Shown here piece by piece: positions 1-14,211 of a DNA stretch of 64,000 nt. The stretch is from Mustelus asterias (taxonomy: Eukaryota). The translations under genes were made by a program, and so were the position numbers. The DNA is taken from NCBI RefSeq assembly GCF_964213995.1, contig NC_135817.1:59396001-59460000 (forward strand), read 5' to 3'. Within the stretch, counting starts at the first letter, position 1, and the number at the start of each line of letters is the position of its first letter. The notes under the pieces were generated by a model. It was given only the letters and a program-made list of their open reading frames with translations, was not told the origin of the DNA and searched no databases.

Positions 1-249
1 GGTGATTAAAAACAGTGCATCAACAACAGCACGATCTTCAAGGAATTCCAGAATACCCCCGATGAGACTACAGTACAATAATTTCCTGAATATATAGCAA
101 TGGAAAACACTTTGCTTGTAGCTATGAGGAAGGCAGGTCATTAAAATGAAGTCAATTATTGAGAACAAAATGACATGTAGTAGAAAAGGGTATTTTTTTT
201 AATTGACTAGTTAAAACTAAACCACTTACCATGTTGCCTATTAAGAAGA

Positions 250-575
250 ACAAACTTACATTTATATATTGCTCCTTTCATGATCTTAGGACATCTAAAG
301 CCAATTAAGTACTTCTGAAGCAGCTAGTTTGGACCCTGCAAAGTCCCATAACCCAATAATGTGATTATGGCTAGATATTGTGTTTGAGTGATGTTAGTTG
401 GGGGATTGGCCAGGTCACCAGGAAGAAGCCCCATGCCCTTCTTCAAAATGGTGCTGTGAAATTTTTTACATGCGCAAGAAAGGGCAAGACGGGACTTGAC
501 TTAATGTTTCATCTGAAAGGCTGCTCCTCTAACAGTGCAGCATTCAGTAGCATTGTACTGAAGTACAGAAATTAG
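250..575 (-). mobile_element. Ancient Deu-domain SINE (SacSINE1/AmnSINE1-like)
   Basis: Reverse complement resembles the Deu core tgctgcactgt..gaggtgccgtctttcagatgagacgttaa. A second partial copy lies at ~49905-50035 (+). Confidence 0.6.
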
Positions 576-2349
576 GTTAATTATTTCTATATACGCATGC
601 TACTTAAAATTTCTTACAATCCATCATCCTATATATCCACTTGATGTTTAACAATCGTCATAATTTATTTAGTAATTATTATCTCTTGCATTCTTAAATA
701 ACAAATGTATCAACACCATTGTGACTTATTTTATTTTGAAACCTTATCCTTTCCAATTCCAAGTTTACAGTCGAATTTGTTTGCACAAGTTGAGGGCCAA
801 CTTTTGGTCCTATCAATTAAGCACTATTATCTTTAGAGAGATTTTTACCTTTTCCAAATTACATTGCAATTTACAATATACTTCACTTCTCCACAACCAC
901 TTGTACCACAAATTTAAACAAGTTATCAGCTGCACGTTATCACCAATGAGCACTGGATGTACCAGACATTTATCGCTATGGGCTTGCAAAGTGCAAAATA
1001 TTTTTTTGCGTCAGTTTTTCCTGAAATAAATTCCGTTTGATATTTTTCTCAATCTATCAATTCCACCTTGTTTTTCACACACACAGCTTGCATTCCTTCA
1101 TATTTCTGCATGTCTGCACCTTTAGAAGTCAGCGTGCATTGTTATGCAAGTGTTGGCATCAGTCATCCATAAAATTATTAGCAGTGATTATCATGCCGTT
1201 CCAATAAATAGTTTCCTGGGAAACTGCTGTTTCAATAAATAATTTCCTGGGAAATTGCTCAATCAGCAATATCAAGCAGTAAGTCACACTACTGCAAATT
1301 CAGCTCTTCAGAGAGAAAAAATGATACTCGCTGGAATACAGCCAGAAACAAACGAGCTGAACGTGTCCTCCAAATTGTGGGTTAACTGCTCAAACGTAAT
1401 CACATTGTAGCAAAAAATGACTCTGAAGTACAACTGTAATGGTGGACTCTCACCCATTCCATCATATTTTCTCTAAAAAATAACATTTGTAACATAATGA
1501 ATATCTAGAAAATTACAAATTTGCCCATACCATTTCTAGTGGTTCCAATAAGCAAATAGGAGATAGGAAGAGGAAGATTTGATGGCAGAATGAGTGATTA
1601 GGAAAAAATGCATGTGAACCATGTACAGAGACAGAAAAAATAATAATGAATGTGGATTAGCATAAAAAGAGAGATGAAGAACACCGGCAAGAAGGAGGCA
1701 TATGGAAAATAATTACAGGGAGAAAGAGAGAAGTTTTCTTTTTATCTGAGATCAACTAGTCTATTAACATTAGGCGTCTTTGATCTTGGTCATGTCGTAC
1801 CTATCAAAAGCATCATTTGAAAGTATGACCTCAGAGGCACCATATCTTAAGAGTGCCATACTGAAGGGCATCTTGTCTTTAAAGCAACATGCTTATGTAG
1901 AACAAGAATTCATTCTATAATGAACTAAGTACATAGTTGTTAAGTGTCTTGGGACATGTCACTATGTTAGAGGAGTGACATAAATACAAGTTTGAACATG
2001 AGAAATAAGAGCTGGAATTGCCCATACCAAAGGAAGGAAATACTTGCTCTTGAGGGGTTCACCTGGGATACTGGGTTGTACACTGAAGAGAGGTTGAATG
2101 AATGGGTTCATATTCTCTGGAATTTAAAAGAATGAAAGGTGATCTCATTGAAATATATATGATTCTGAGGGGGCTTGACATGGTAGATGCAGAGAAGCCT
2201 CTCAGTATCTTATGTTGTTTTTCTCTCTCTCTCTCCTCCCCTCAACCTGCTCTGCCATTTAATCAGATCATGACTGATCTTCAACCTCAACTTCACTTTG
2301 CACCCAATCCCCATACCACATGATTTCCTCAGAGTCCAAAGATTGTAGA

Positions 2350-2550
2350 CATGATGTGGAGATGCCAGCGTTGGACTGGGGTGGGCACAGTAAGAAATCT
2401 CACAACTCCAGGTTAAAGTCCAACAGGTTTATTTGGAATCATGAGCTTTCGGAGCGCTGCTCCTTCATCAGGCGAAGGAGCAGCGCTCCGAAAGCTCATG
2501 ATTCCAAGTAAACCTGTTGGACTTTAACCTGGTGTTGTGAGACTTCTTAC
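2350..2550. mobile_element. Palindromic Penelope-derived short element
   Basis: ~77-bp inverted arms (2390-2466 and 2474-2550); hammerhead core on the minus strand; flanked by caaagattgtaga / caaaggttgtaga (TSD-like). Further family copies at ~12591-12665, 27297-27463 and 31560-31652. Confidence 0.75.
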
Positions 2551-4702
2551 AAAGGTTGTAGAATCATAGAATGATTGCAGCACAGAAGGAGGGTATTTGG
2601 CCTATCGAACCTGTGGCCTTTCTCTGCAGAACCTGATCTTGAATATATCCAGTGGCTGAGCATCCACAGCCCTCTGGAGTAGAGAACGTCAAAGAATCAC
2701 AACCCTTTGAGTAAAGAAATTTCTCATCATCTCAGTTTCACTAAAGAAAAACAACTGAGGAAATTAATGAGTTCAAAAGTGGAAAAGTTCTCTGGATCTG
2801 ATTTCTACATTCTTACAATGAAAACAGAAATGTGGCAGCAGGGATGCATTGTTTGTGATCTTCCAAAATTTGCAAGCTTCTGTAATGGTCTTAGTGGATT
2901 GGAAGATAGCAAATGTAGCACTGCTAGGGAAAAAATGGTATGTTGGTCTTTGTTGCATAGAGCTTGCAGTACAAGAGAAGGGAAATCTTACCACAATCAT
3001 ACTGGTGAGATCACACCTGGAGCATTCTGTACAGTTTTGGTCTCTGTACAAAAGGAAGAAAATCATTGTTCTTGTGAGCTGCAACTGGGATGACTAAACT
3101 GTACATTGAATGAATGGGCATATATTCTCAGCAATTTAAAATAATGAAAGGTGGTCTCATTGAAACATATATGATTCTGAGGGGGCTTGACTTGATAGAT
3201 ACAGAGAAGCATCTCAGTATCTCATCTTGCTTCTCTCTTCTCCTCTCCTCCTGTCACCAATTAACCCTGCTTTGGATATATTGTTTTTCACTTTGATGTT
3301 ATTCTATCTCCACAATAACTTGGACTAGGCTTTTAGCATATAGATGCAAATTGTATTCTACTCTCTCCACTTTGAACTCATCTGTTCTACAGTTCTAGTG
3401 GCTATTTCTATACACCATTGTTCACTTAGGTGACTTAGGTAAGCACTAATGCTAAGCTAATTTGCATATCAAAACACTTTCAAACAGATGCACTCTTATC
3501 GGTTCCCCTTTTATCCAACTCTTTATTTTATTCCAGTTTTATTTTTAAACTTGATTTTACTCAATTCTTGATTTTTCCCTTTCTCTAATATCTTGTACAC
3601 CCCCCCCCCCCCCCCCCCGACCCTGGAAGTTCCCAAGTTTCCAGGTAAGGATTGCATGGCCAGGAAGTTCAAACTTCTGATGGGCAATTGCCCTGCACTG
3701 GGAACCATCCAATAATCACAAACCTCAAATGATTCCAATTGTGTTATGGTAATAGTTAATCAGAAAAAGTTAGAAGAATTATAACCACGGTTAGCTTCTG
3801 GATAACTATAACATTGACCCACCCCACCCTTATAAGAGCCCCTACCTCACACCCCCCGCCCCAAACACTAATTGGCCACAGGACTCCCCTCCGCTTCCCG
3901 ATCACTCTACAAGCCCCCACCCCAACCCTTGATTACCCCCTGACCTTAACCTGTCCAGGACTACCTGACTGCTCCATCGCCGAGCACACCCAGAACACCC
4001 ACAGGACCGCCTAACTGTACTCCATGCCCTAACCCTAACCCCCAGTCCTGACCCAATCCTGCTCACATTTTATAAACTTACCTTCTCTCTGGCATCTCAG
4101 TGGTTGAACCTATAAACTTACCTGCTTTATAGCAGCTAGTGCTGTAAAAAGGGGGTGTATCCTCCTTAATTCTGATGCTGCAGCCCTGGACAGAAGACCA
4201 TGGAAACCTACTGTTGCTACCCAAATTTCACCCCACCTGAATGAGAAAGTCAAGTGAAATAGGAGCAGCTGGATTTCCAGGTAAGGAACTGTGAGTGGAA
4301 TGTCAATCCAACTCAATTGCCACTCCAGCAGAAGTTATAGCCTCTCATTTCTAACCTCATCATCCAGTGTCATGTTCACCTGACATGTTTACATGGGATA
4401 TACTTAAGCAAAGTTATTATTTTAAATTTCTGCCGCTTCATTATTGTTACCTGTCCTGTCCATCATTAAGTGACCCTATTCCCACCACAACTTTCATTTT
4501 TTCTTTATGTGCCTGTAAAATATTTTTCTATTTTATGTTCCTTGATTTAATTTCATGGTTCCTCTTTTCCCTCTAATTGTTTTTTTACTTCTTTTCTAAT
4601 CTTTGCGTATTCTCCCATGCTCTACCCTGCTGTCCTTGTACTTAGCGCATATCTCTTTCTCTCCATTAACTCTTTCCTCACATCTTTTTTATCCTTTCAG
4701 CT

Positions 4703-5057
4703 GTCATGGGTGTAACTGGCAAGGCCAGCATTTATAGCCCATCCCTAATTGCTCTTCAACTGAATGGCAGGCTGAGTCATTTCAGAGGGCAGTTAAGAGT
4801 CAACCACATTTCTGTAGGTCTGGAGTCACATGTAGGTCAGACCAGGTAAGGATGGCAGATTTCCCACCCTAAATGACATTAGAGAACAACAATCGACGAA
4901 AGTTGCCACAATCACCATTACTGAGACTAGCTTTATATTTCAGAGTTATTAAATGAATTTGAATTTTACCAGCTGCCATTTTGGAATTTGAACCTGTGCA
5001 CCCAGGAAATTACCCTGGATTACTAATCCAGTGACATTAGCACTATGCCATCACCCA
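4703..5057 (-). mobile_element. tRNA-headed SINE of a second family
   Basis: Collinear with 11780-12112; its tail (cccatccctaattgc) is shared with the LINE 3' end at ~42440-42960. Confidence 0.7.
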
Positions 5058-5089
5058 TGTTGACTCATTACTGTATTAGCTGGTCGGTT

Positions 5090-8000
5090 TTTTTCAAACT
5101 TTATTTATTTGTTTTTACAAAAAGGTAAATCATAAAATACAGGCAGAGAAAAAGTTAGAAGAAAAGGGGGTGAAAAAAAGTAAAAAGAGAAGAGGGATAG
5201 ATAGAATTATTCAACTCATAAAAGAAAGGTTGTCAAAATAACAAATAAAAGGTTGCAAGACTGAATCAAATTTTTAATTGATTCAAGTAAGGTATATTTA
5301 TTCTTTACAAGTTTAAGAAATGTCATCATCTCTTTTACCCATTGTGAATGGGAGGGCGCAACAGCAAACCTCCAACTGAATAAAACAAGTCAACATGCAA
5401 GCAATGAAGGAAGGCCAAGGCATCTGACTGGTGATGATCTACAGCTATCTCATCAGGAATTACCTCAAAAATACCAATATTAGGGCAAATTTAAATAGAT
5501 TTGTGTGACGATACTGTGCCTTGAAGAAATGTATTTGAGTCATGTTTCTATGCAGTATGTTTTTTAAACAGTCTGTTCTAACACCAGTGCCACTTGGACT
5601 GTAACTGGTAGCCTCTGTTGTAACTGCAGCAGCATAATTGGTCCTAATTGCTAGAATGTTTGTTTTAATATGGACTAATGTTGTCCTGTTATTTTAGTGT
5701 TTTTCCACTGGGGTTTTTGCAGAGTAGGGCTTGATTAGGTTGATTGACAAGTAAGGTCAGGTGACTGGGTGGGACTAGGTTTACACAGACAAATGGAGTC
5801 AGTTGCTTTTTGAGAACTGTAGAAGAACAAATAGCTCTGAGTCTCTGAAGTCTGGGATCTTCCAGAAACTATTTATCTGAAGTTCTGCTGTCTGAGGATA
5901 TATCGTTCTCTGGGAGCTGCTGTATTGGAGGCAGATTTAACCTACAGGTGATTAATAAAAAAATGTAATCCACAAGATAAAAATTGGAAAAAAAACCAAA
6001 TTTTTCTAAAACTTTGAATAAATGGTCCCATCTACAATGTTGAATGTTTTTTCAGCATCTAAGGACATGATAACTTCTGGAAGAGGAGGAGGAGTCTCAG
6101 AATAAATAACATTAAATAGTCGCCTTAAATTAAAGAATGACTGTCAACACTTAATAAAGCTAAATTAATCAGGAAAGATAATAGCTGCCAAAACGTGCTC
6201 CCAAGGGAGGGCACAAGCGTTGGCTAGTGTCTTGTAATCTGTGTTTGGCCAAGATATAGGGCGATAGGAGCTTCACACTATTTGGTCCTTACCCTTTTTC
6301 ACTAATAGTGAGATGTTAGCCTGATTTAAAGTAAAAGGAAGATTATTGTGAGAAAGCCATTCTGAGAAGACTAAGCTAAGCAGGGGCGATAAATGGGAAG
6401 AGAATTTTAAATAAAAATCAACAGAAAAACCACCAAGTCCTGAAGCCTTATGACTTCCTCACGCCGTGATGGATTGATCTATTCCTTGAGTTGAAAGGAG
6501 ATTATCTAATGTGGACCTTTAGCAGGGCCCGTGATTTTCTCCTTCCCCCATCAGCAACGTACCACGTTTCGTGACACTCAAAGTCAGGAACATCATTTGA
6601 ATACATTATCAACTCATTATCAGGCCTCTATGTCTGAATCACTTCCATTCTCCACCACCACCCTGGTAAGAAAGTCCATTCACGTTGGTGTGAAGGCAGA
6701 ACATATGAAATCTGACTGTTCTCCCAAGCCGTACACCTGGTGAGCAGATCCCCCAGAGGAGCTCAGGTTACTGCATCATTCAGGGGTGAGAGGGTCATGT
6801 CTGGGTATGGCCCCTGGCCACAGCCTCTGGTGGTGCCCTGGCACTGAGAGGGGACAGTGCCGGGGCAGTGCCAAGGAAATGCTAGAGAAGTGCCTGGGCA
6901 GTGTTGTGTGGGGGTGAGAGCATGGTGGGGGGTGGAGGGAGGGGGGAATTCTGGACCATATACTGAAGAAAGCCACTGATGCTGTTAGCTGCTTCAGTGC
7001 CTCTTTTTCTGCCCAGTATTGGCCTTTCTTGATATCGGGAAAATTTTGCCCTTATAATGCTCAGTGTTTGGATTGCCAGTTAACTTGGAGCATAAATTCA
7101 ACTAATCCAGAGAGGCAATTTGAGTGCTGTTCACAGTGTAAGAAATAATTTGACCACGGATATAAACCTTAAATGCTTCTCAAATAGTGGGTACAGTAAG
7201 ATCAGAGGTTCTATTGAAGTCTAAGTACAAATCAATCTGGGGGGAAATAGAGTTAATAAATTCTTCATCAGGATCAAAAGGCAAGTACGTTGAGAGGGCA
7301 CAGTTTCAGATAATAATGGGACATGGTCAGATATAACAATTTTATGATATTCACTGGAGTCTACAAGTGAAATAAGTTGTGTCCAAAAGAAAAAAATCTA
7401 TTCTTGAATAATAATAATGAACTGGAGAGAAAAAAGAAAAATCGCTTGCAGTAGCAAAAGAAAATGCCAGGGATCTGTAATCTCGTAAAGTTGTAGAAAG
7501 GTGTTAATAACAGAAGCTGATCTAGCAACAGAGCATGAACCAGTTTTGAGAGCATTCAAGAGAAGGATTTAACCGTAATTGAAGTCCCCACCCAGAGACA
7601 GATGATGATTGTGCAAGTTAGGCAAAGAGGTGAAAAAATTGGTTAAAAAAAACTGAGCATTATTTCATATAGGTTGTCCAGAATTACTTGTTTATAACCA
7701 GATACAATCACATAGTGGCCATGAGGATCTGCTATGATATGTGAGGAAACAAGTGGGATATTTTTATGAATCGAAATTGCAGCAACCCGTGATTTAGAGG
7801 AAAGTTTGGAGTGGAAAACCTGTCCCACCAACCCCTTCCTGAGTCTAAAATTATCTGTTTTGTATTTTACATGGTTTTTTTTATTCGGAAAGACATAACA
7901 GAACATTGTTGCATAGTTTTGCCCTGTAAAACTTTGGGGGCATCTGTTAGTTTGACATAAAAGCACCTCACTGGCGTAATAGGCCATGTCATGCTTAAAA
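5090..8000 (-). mobile_element. Fragmented L1/Tx1-like LINE ORF2 with later insertions
   Basis: Endonuclease-like GQVFHSKLSSKSRVAAISIHKNIP..IIADPHGHYVIVSG (7643-7987) and an L1-type C-terminus plus A-rich tail near 5090-5400. Interrupted by LTR-like (~5515-5950) and GC-rich (~6760-7050) pieces. Confidence 0.7.
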
Positions 8001-9012
8001 GGGTTTACTTTAGGTAATTTTCTTGTGCAGACTGAAGTGAAAATTCGCTTTTATATCGGGACGGAAAAGAGGCGGTTATTTTGCATATTTCACTTTTAAA
8101 GGGGAATGTCACTCTCAAAAGGGAAAAAGGGAGGCAACTTCAATATAGATTATTCTTCACAATAAACTTGGTAAAAAGAATGTTTACCGAACTGCCTTTC
8201 AAAATGAGATATTTACAATTCTCCAATGACAAAAGACAGCTCAGTTCTGACAATTCCAGACATGGTTAGTCAAGTGGTATATCAGATGCGTTAATCTCTG
8301 AAGTTTTACGTAAAGTCTTAAATGAGTTTCTTGAAGGAGAACAGAAAGTGCGAGGCAGTAAAAAGACCAAAATTGGAGCAATGCAGAGTACTCAGTGGGC
8401 TGAGGTGATCGCAGAGATAGGGATGATGAGAATTTAAAATTGGATGTACTGGGGGATTGGGAGCCAGTGTAGGTCAGTGAGCACAGTGATGATAGGTGAG
8501 CATTTTACCATGGTCTTTGAGGGAGCCCAACATTAGAGCCCAAAGGATGCCCTGAGCCCATACTTGCTGACAGTGGATCAGTCTTGCCTGTAGTTGACAG
8601 GAGGATGGATGAAAATTTTGGCAGCCAGTGGGTTGAGGCAGGGGAGCTGGTGGGGCAATGTTATAGGAATCAAAGTCAGAGCTTATGTGATGGAAAGGAT
8701 ATTGCGTTGGAATCTCAGTTAGTTGTCAGATAGGATGGAGGTTTTAAACAGTCAGTTTCAACCTGAGACAGTGGCTGTGCAAGATGACAGAATTGGTGGC
8801 AAGGGTACAGAATTTGAGGAGGAGCCTTTGACCTTTCCAATATTTAAATAGAAATAGATGGTTGGCAGGCTAAATGTGTTTGGTTACAATTATGCTTTTC
8901 ATATAACTCTCATTATTCTCTTCAGATTTAGCAAGTCAAAAATAAATACATTTAATGTTGCTATATGCCTATGAAACTTGATCCTTTTAAACCATCTCTC
9001 ATTTGCTTATAT

Positions 9013-9224
9013 AAAAGCAAAATCTGCAGATGCTCGAATCTGAAATGAAAACAGAAAATGCTGGAAAATCTCAGCAGGCCTGACAGCATTTGTAGGGACA
9101 GCATAGAGCCAACGTTTCAAGTCTAGATGACCCTTCAAAGGGTCATCTAGACTCAAAACATTGGCTCTATTCTCTCTCCACAGATGCTGTCAGACCTGAG
9201 ATTTTCCAGCATTTTCTGTTTTTG
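9013..9224. mobile_element. Second palindromic Penelope-derived family
   Basis: Inverted arms centred near 9136 (gtctagatgaccctt-caa-agggtcatctagac). Related pieces at ~32210-32760, 55943-56040 and 57553-57675 carry CTGACGAAGGGTCATCCAGACTCGAAAC-like cores. Confidence 0.7.
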
Positions 9225-11079
9225 TCTCATTTGCTTATGTTCCAGACAGGAGAGAGGGGCAGAACTGAATTCCTTTATTCTCTTGCCATCTGTCTGTAAG
9301 CAAAGATGTCTTTGCTTTGAAAATAGGCTGTGGTGCTTATTCCAAAAATCCTTTGTTGGTGTCATTTTTTTATATGTAACTCACTGCAAACTCTCTGAAG
9401 TTTAGTTTATTTATACATTCAAATCTAGGGAGTGATTGCAACTTCAAACGCACACATAAGTATACTCGAAAGGGGAAGGGGGTTGAAAAGAAGGGTGGTT
9501 ACAACTATAAATAATTAAATAATAGTAAAATGGACCACAGAAATAGATATCCATTCACGGTGATTTCCAGGGTCCAGAAGGGGCTCCTCCAAGGAGACGT
9601 TCCATTCCAGCGGATTCCTGGCTGAAGACAGCAGCACAGAATTTCTTTCAAATGGACAGAAATACAGTGAAATGCAATTGCTGTACATAAAATTGGTTGC
9701 CTGGCAAGCAATGACCAGATGAACAGACTGCGAGATGCTGAGAGTTGTCACAGGCGGCTTTGTTAACCCACAGTCCTGTTGTTTTTTTTTCTTGCAGGTT
9801 GGAGTTAAATCAACAGACTGGCCTGCTTCTGAGTTCTGAAACTTATAAGGGGATTTCAAACTGAGGTCACATGTGTCACATGACCCCTCTTCCTCCACAA
9901 TGATTTCACTAAGAGATGGATATCTGGTGTCTGAATCAGGCTTTTGTTTTATGGCTCATAACATCCCAGTCATTAGCTCCTGAGCCATTATCCATATTAG
10001 TGAAGCTGTTCCAGGTAACTACGACTTGGTTGACCCTTGCACTCCACTAGAGAGGTAAGCTTATAAAGATGCGAATGACATCCATTTCCTTTCAGTAGTT
10101 CCTTTTCAAAATGGCAGTCCAAGGCGTGAGATTCCATGAGCAACATGTCAAGGAATGTTTCCAGTGCAATCCATATAATGCTCTAGTGGTCACCTTATAA
10201 TTTCTGACATCAGGTGACTTGTGGTGACCATCTTTTTGTTCAGCAAAATTTATTTTAAGGTAAACAAAAATAATAAAATTTGATTTAATAGTTTATGATT
10301 TTTCCTCACATCTTATTGACATGTCAATTATGTATAAGGCATTGTAAATATAACTATTGGATTTTTATAGTAAGTTCAAAAGAACTTTTATATACAAGGA
10401 TATGAATAGATTTTAAATAGACAACTGCACGTTCTTAAAAATACCAGTTTATTTAATGCTTGTATTCTGAACTGCTGTGAGAACAAGCCAACAGAAAGAA
10501 AAGTTCAACTCAACCTTGAGAACAGAAGAGCTTGAATCCTCATGAGATAGTGTTACTTTTTTTTCATGACAAAGTAACTATGTGTCAGATATTTTCCTTC
10601 TATAATTTGTAACATTGAAAACTTTCACTTGTGTAAAAAGCAACAAAATTCATTAAATGCTTCAGATTTGAGTTGAGTAAAAAATATCAGTCTTATAATT
10701 GCTTAGAAATGTTATGAGTAAACTAAAAGCATACAAGTCTAGCCAGTCAGAGTGGAATATTGTGACATAGTTAAAGAGATACCACACCTTACCTTGTACT
10801 TTAAAATGGTCACAATGAAGACTATTATTGGTCTGGATTTTGTGGTCAAGGTGAGGCAGTAATGCTTACCCGTCTTCAAAAAAACCTGCCCAGAAAGATC
10901 ACTGTGGTGTGGATTTCCCTTTTCAAATGTGAGTTTGAACCTGTCACAAGTCAAGGGGACCTCCTGGTGTCCACCAACAAGCAGGGTAAATAGACAATCA
11001 CCTGGAAGTGTATTCAGAGTGCAAACCAGGAAGTAAAATGCTTTAAATATTTCACTTTTAATTAAGATTTGAGAGACCA

Positions 11080-11700
11080 AAATGGATAATTGGCAGGTAC
11101 ACATGGAATAAGTTGAAATATATTATTAGCTGAGACATTGAATTTAAGAACAGGGAAGTTATGATGGAGCTGTATAAAATGCTTGTTAGCCCACAGCTGA
11201 GCAGTCCTGGTCACCGTGCTATAGAATGGATGCGATTGTACTATAAAGGGTGCAGAGGGGATTCACCAGGATGTTACATGGGCTGGAGCATTTCAGCTAG
11301 GAAGAAATGCTGGTCAGGGTGGGGCTGTTCTCCTTAGAGCAGAGAAGGTTGAGGTGTGCAAAATTATTAGGCTATAGATAAGGTAGATAGGAAGAAACTA
11401 TCCCCCGCCCTTAGCAAAGGGCTCAATAACCAGGGGCATAGATTTAAAGGGATAGGAGATTTAGAGGGGATTTGAGGAAAAACTTTTTCACCCAGAAGGT
11501 GGTGGGAATCTGGAATTCACTGCCTGAAAGAATGGTGGAGGCAGGAACCCTCACAACATTTAAGCTGTATTTAGATGAGCACTTGAAACGCCATCGCATA
11601 CAAGGCTACAGACCAAGTTCTGGAAATGGGAATAGAATAGATGCTTGGTAGCTGGCACAGACATGATGGACCGAAGGGCCTTTTTGTGCTGTGAAATTCT
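11080..11700 (+). mobile_element. Decayed CR1 3' fragment
   Basis: Collinear with the CR1 3' ends elsewhere in the window. Similar old fragments at ~22060-22415(-), 29830-31450(-), 33930-35260(-), 46230-48700(-), 55490-56350(+) and 59800-60600(-). Confidence 0.7.
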
Positions 11701-11779
11701 AAGACTGTAAACAAACTTTAAAAATTCATTTTTTAATATTTCAAAAGTTACATCAAAAGGCAGCTTCTTAGCTTTTTTA

Positions 11780-12112
11780 CATTCATGGGACATGGACGTC
11801 GCTGGCTGGCCAGCATTTATTACCCATCCCTATTGCCCGAGAGAGTCAACCACATTGCTGTGGTGCTGGAGTCGCATGTAGGCCAGACCAGGTAAGGACA
11901 GCAGATTTCCTTCCCTAAGGGACAGTAGTGAACCAGATGGGTTGTTCCGACAATTGACAATGGTTTCATGGTCATCAGTAGATTCTTCATTCCAGATATA
12001 TTTTATTGAATTCAAATTCCACCATCTGCCATGGCGGGATTCAAACCCGGGTCCCCAGAACATTAGCTGAGTTTCTGGATTAATAGTCTAGCGATAATAC
12101 CACTAGGCCCTC
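11780..12112 (-). mobile_element. tRNA-headed SINE of the second family
   Basis: Collinear with 4703-5057. Confidence 0.7.
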
Positions 12113-12931
12113 GTCTTCCCAGCCGTGAATATATGAAACTATTAATTAGTACTTTCAAATTTAATTGCAGAGGTAAAAGCTCTTTATGAAGAATACATTT
12201 TCTTCTACCATCAATGCTGTCAAAAGATAAGCACCTGACCTTCATATACTTTGCAACAAATGTAAATGAGAATTCATGGAAGGAAAGGTTAGCACTCCAA
12301 GTAGCTAAAACACTATTAAAAATCAGAGCTTCCAAGTTAGTACATCATTTATTGAGCCTTGAATAAAAATGCCAATGGTAACTCATGAAAATGCTGAAAT
12401 TACTGGGAGTATTACATTCATAAAATGTAGGCCAACATGTTTAGCCCAATAATACCAGGAATACAACCTCCTACTCAGTTAACAAGATCTCGGTGTGGCT
12501 ATTGTTTAGGTATTTATAAAATGAATGAACTGCAATAATTCATTTAATTGCAAATATTCCATGGGACTTTTAACAGTATATTTTTATTTATGATGTGGAG
12601 ATGCCAGCGTTGACTGGGGTAGGCAGAGTAAGAAGTCTCACAACACCAGGTTAACGTCCAACTCATTTTTATTTAGTGGGTGTATGGCCAGTTGCTGTTT
12701 TGGATCCTGTATCGACTGACTATGGCAAATTAGTAAATGTAGCAAATCAGGATGAGATCTATCATAATTTTCAGCAGCTCTAATGTTCATTGTTTTCACT
12801 GTTACGAGTGAAGACTCATCTGCACTAACTATAATTTTGACTGATAGAGCTAGATTATCTGTCAAGTAAGGTGCCTAAATGATTACAAAAAATATTGCTC
12901 TCCATCCCAGTAATTTTAGCTGTACTTAATC

Positions 12932-13057
12932 GGTGGAATTTTACCAGCACGTCCGCCCAAGGTTCATACGATCCCGCCCGAGACCAACGGGGAGTACTGT
13001 TCTCCTAGCCTCGCCCACCCCTGGAATCTGAGTGGGCGTGCTGGTAAAATTCCGGCC
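12932..13057. mobile_element. Short GC-rich MITE-like element with terminal inverted repeats
   Basis: GGAATTTTACCAGCACG ... CGTGCTGGTAAAATTCC, a 17-bp perfect inverted repeat. Confidence 0.7.
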
Positions 13058-14211
13058 GATGTATCTGCCTTGATTTTTTTGGTATCTTTCTCAGGATCAT
13101 ATCTTTCTCACGAGTTAAAGTTGGTCTTTGTTAGCTATTTCTGTAGGCTACAAAGAATATATATATATATATATATTATACACATCCCAGTCTTGTGTTC
13201 TGTGGTCATTAATGTGAATGATGCCTCTCATGTGCAGAGCCATTCGGGTCATTTTATCCAGCATGTTCCTGATAGCTGTTGAACAAGTATAAATTTCCTG
13301 CACAAGTTTCTTGGGGAGAAATCACTCAATTATAAGCTTTTTAAATAATGTGTTTAGCAGATGTAATTTTATGGGCAAACACAACATTGAATAGAGTAAG
13401 TGTCTGATCTGCTATCTGTAATTATGAAACATATCTTTTAAAAAAACTTTGTTCCAGGAAATCTTCAGAACTAATTGGAGTACAGTTTGATTCTATTGCG
13501 AGTCAGTGCAACATCATCAATTTGCAGCTATTCATACAACTTACAGTAGGGTTCAACTATGTCAATTGCAATGACTATGTTTCCAGAGCCAATTTTATGT
13601 TGAGGAGATTGTACAGAAGTTGTTGGACATGCCAAATATCAGTTTACAACAAAAATGTATTAATTGCAGAGCACAACGAACATGATTTGCTTATATTACT
13701 GGTCAGATACTTAGCAAAATGGCTAGCATGCTACACATATGGAGAGCCCTTGCTGCAACAGATCATGATCATGTGAAACAAATTCCTGTTATACTTTAAT
13801 GAACATTAGACTGAAAAGGCAATTGCTAATTTTCAACTTGAACTGTTAACTTCAGTTTCTTCAAATAGGAGGCAGGCAGTGTGCAACACAGATATTCTGC
13901 AATAATTGTTTTTTGTTTACTGATTTCCTCTCCTCATTTGATTCATACTGAAGTTTGGTTCTGGAATTGCTGGCAGTCTTCTCATACTTTACCCTAGTTA
14001 TCATTCTGCATGTGTCCTTGACAGTGAAGGAGAAAAGACAGTGGAAGACATTACAGCCGGGTGTATTGCTGCCCTCAAGTGTCCACTCGTGAGTATGTTC
14101 CAACAGGGCAATGACTCTGGTTGATTACCATCCTCCTTTTCTCTGATGCAGAGGCCAATGCCTCCCAATTCTGTCTAGGCTTATTTAAATTAACTTAGTA
14201 CTATCATATTC

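Noticed and set aside
1198-1260. Short tandem duplications (also ~63756-63793 and ~63885-63929)
   Set aside because: Two-copy 17-33 bp duplications typical of slippage, with no sign of function.
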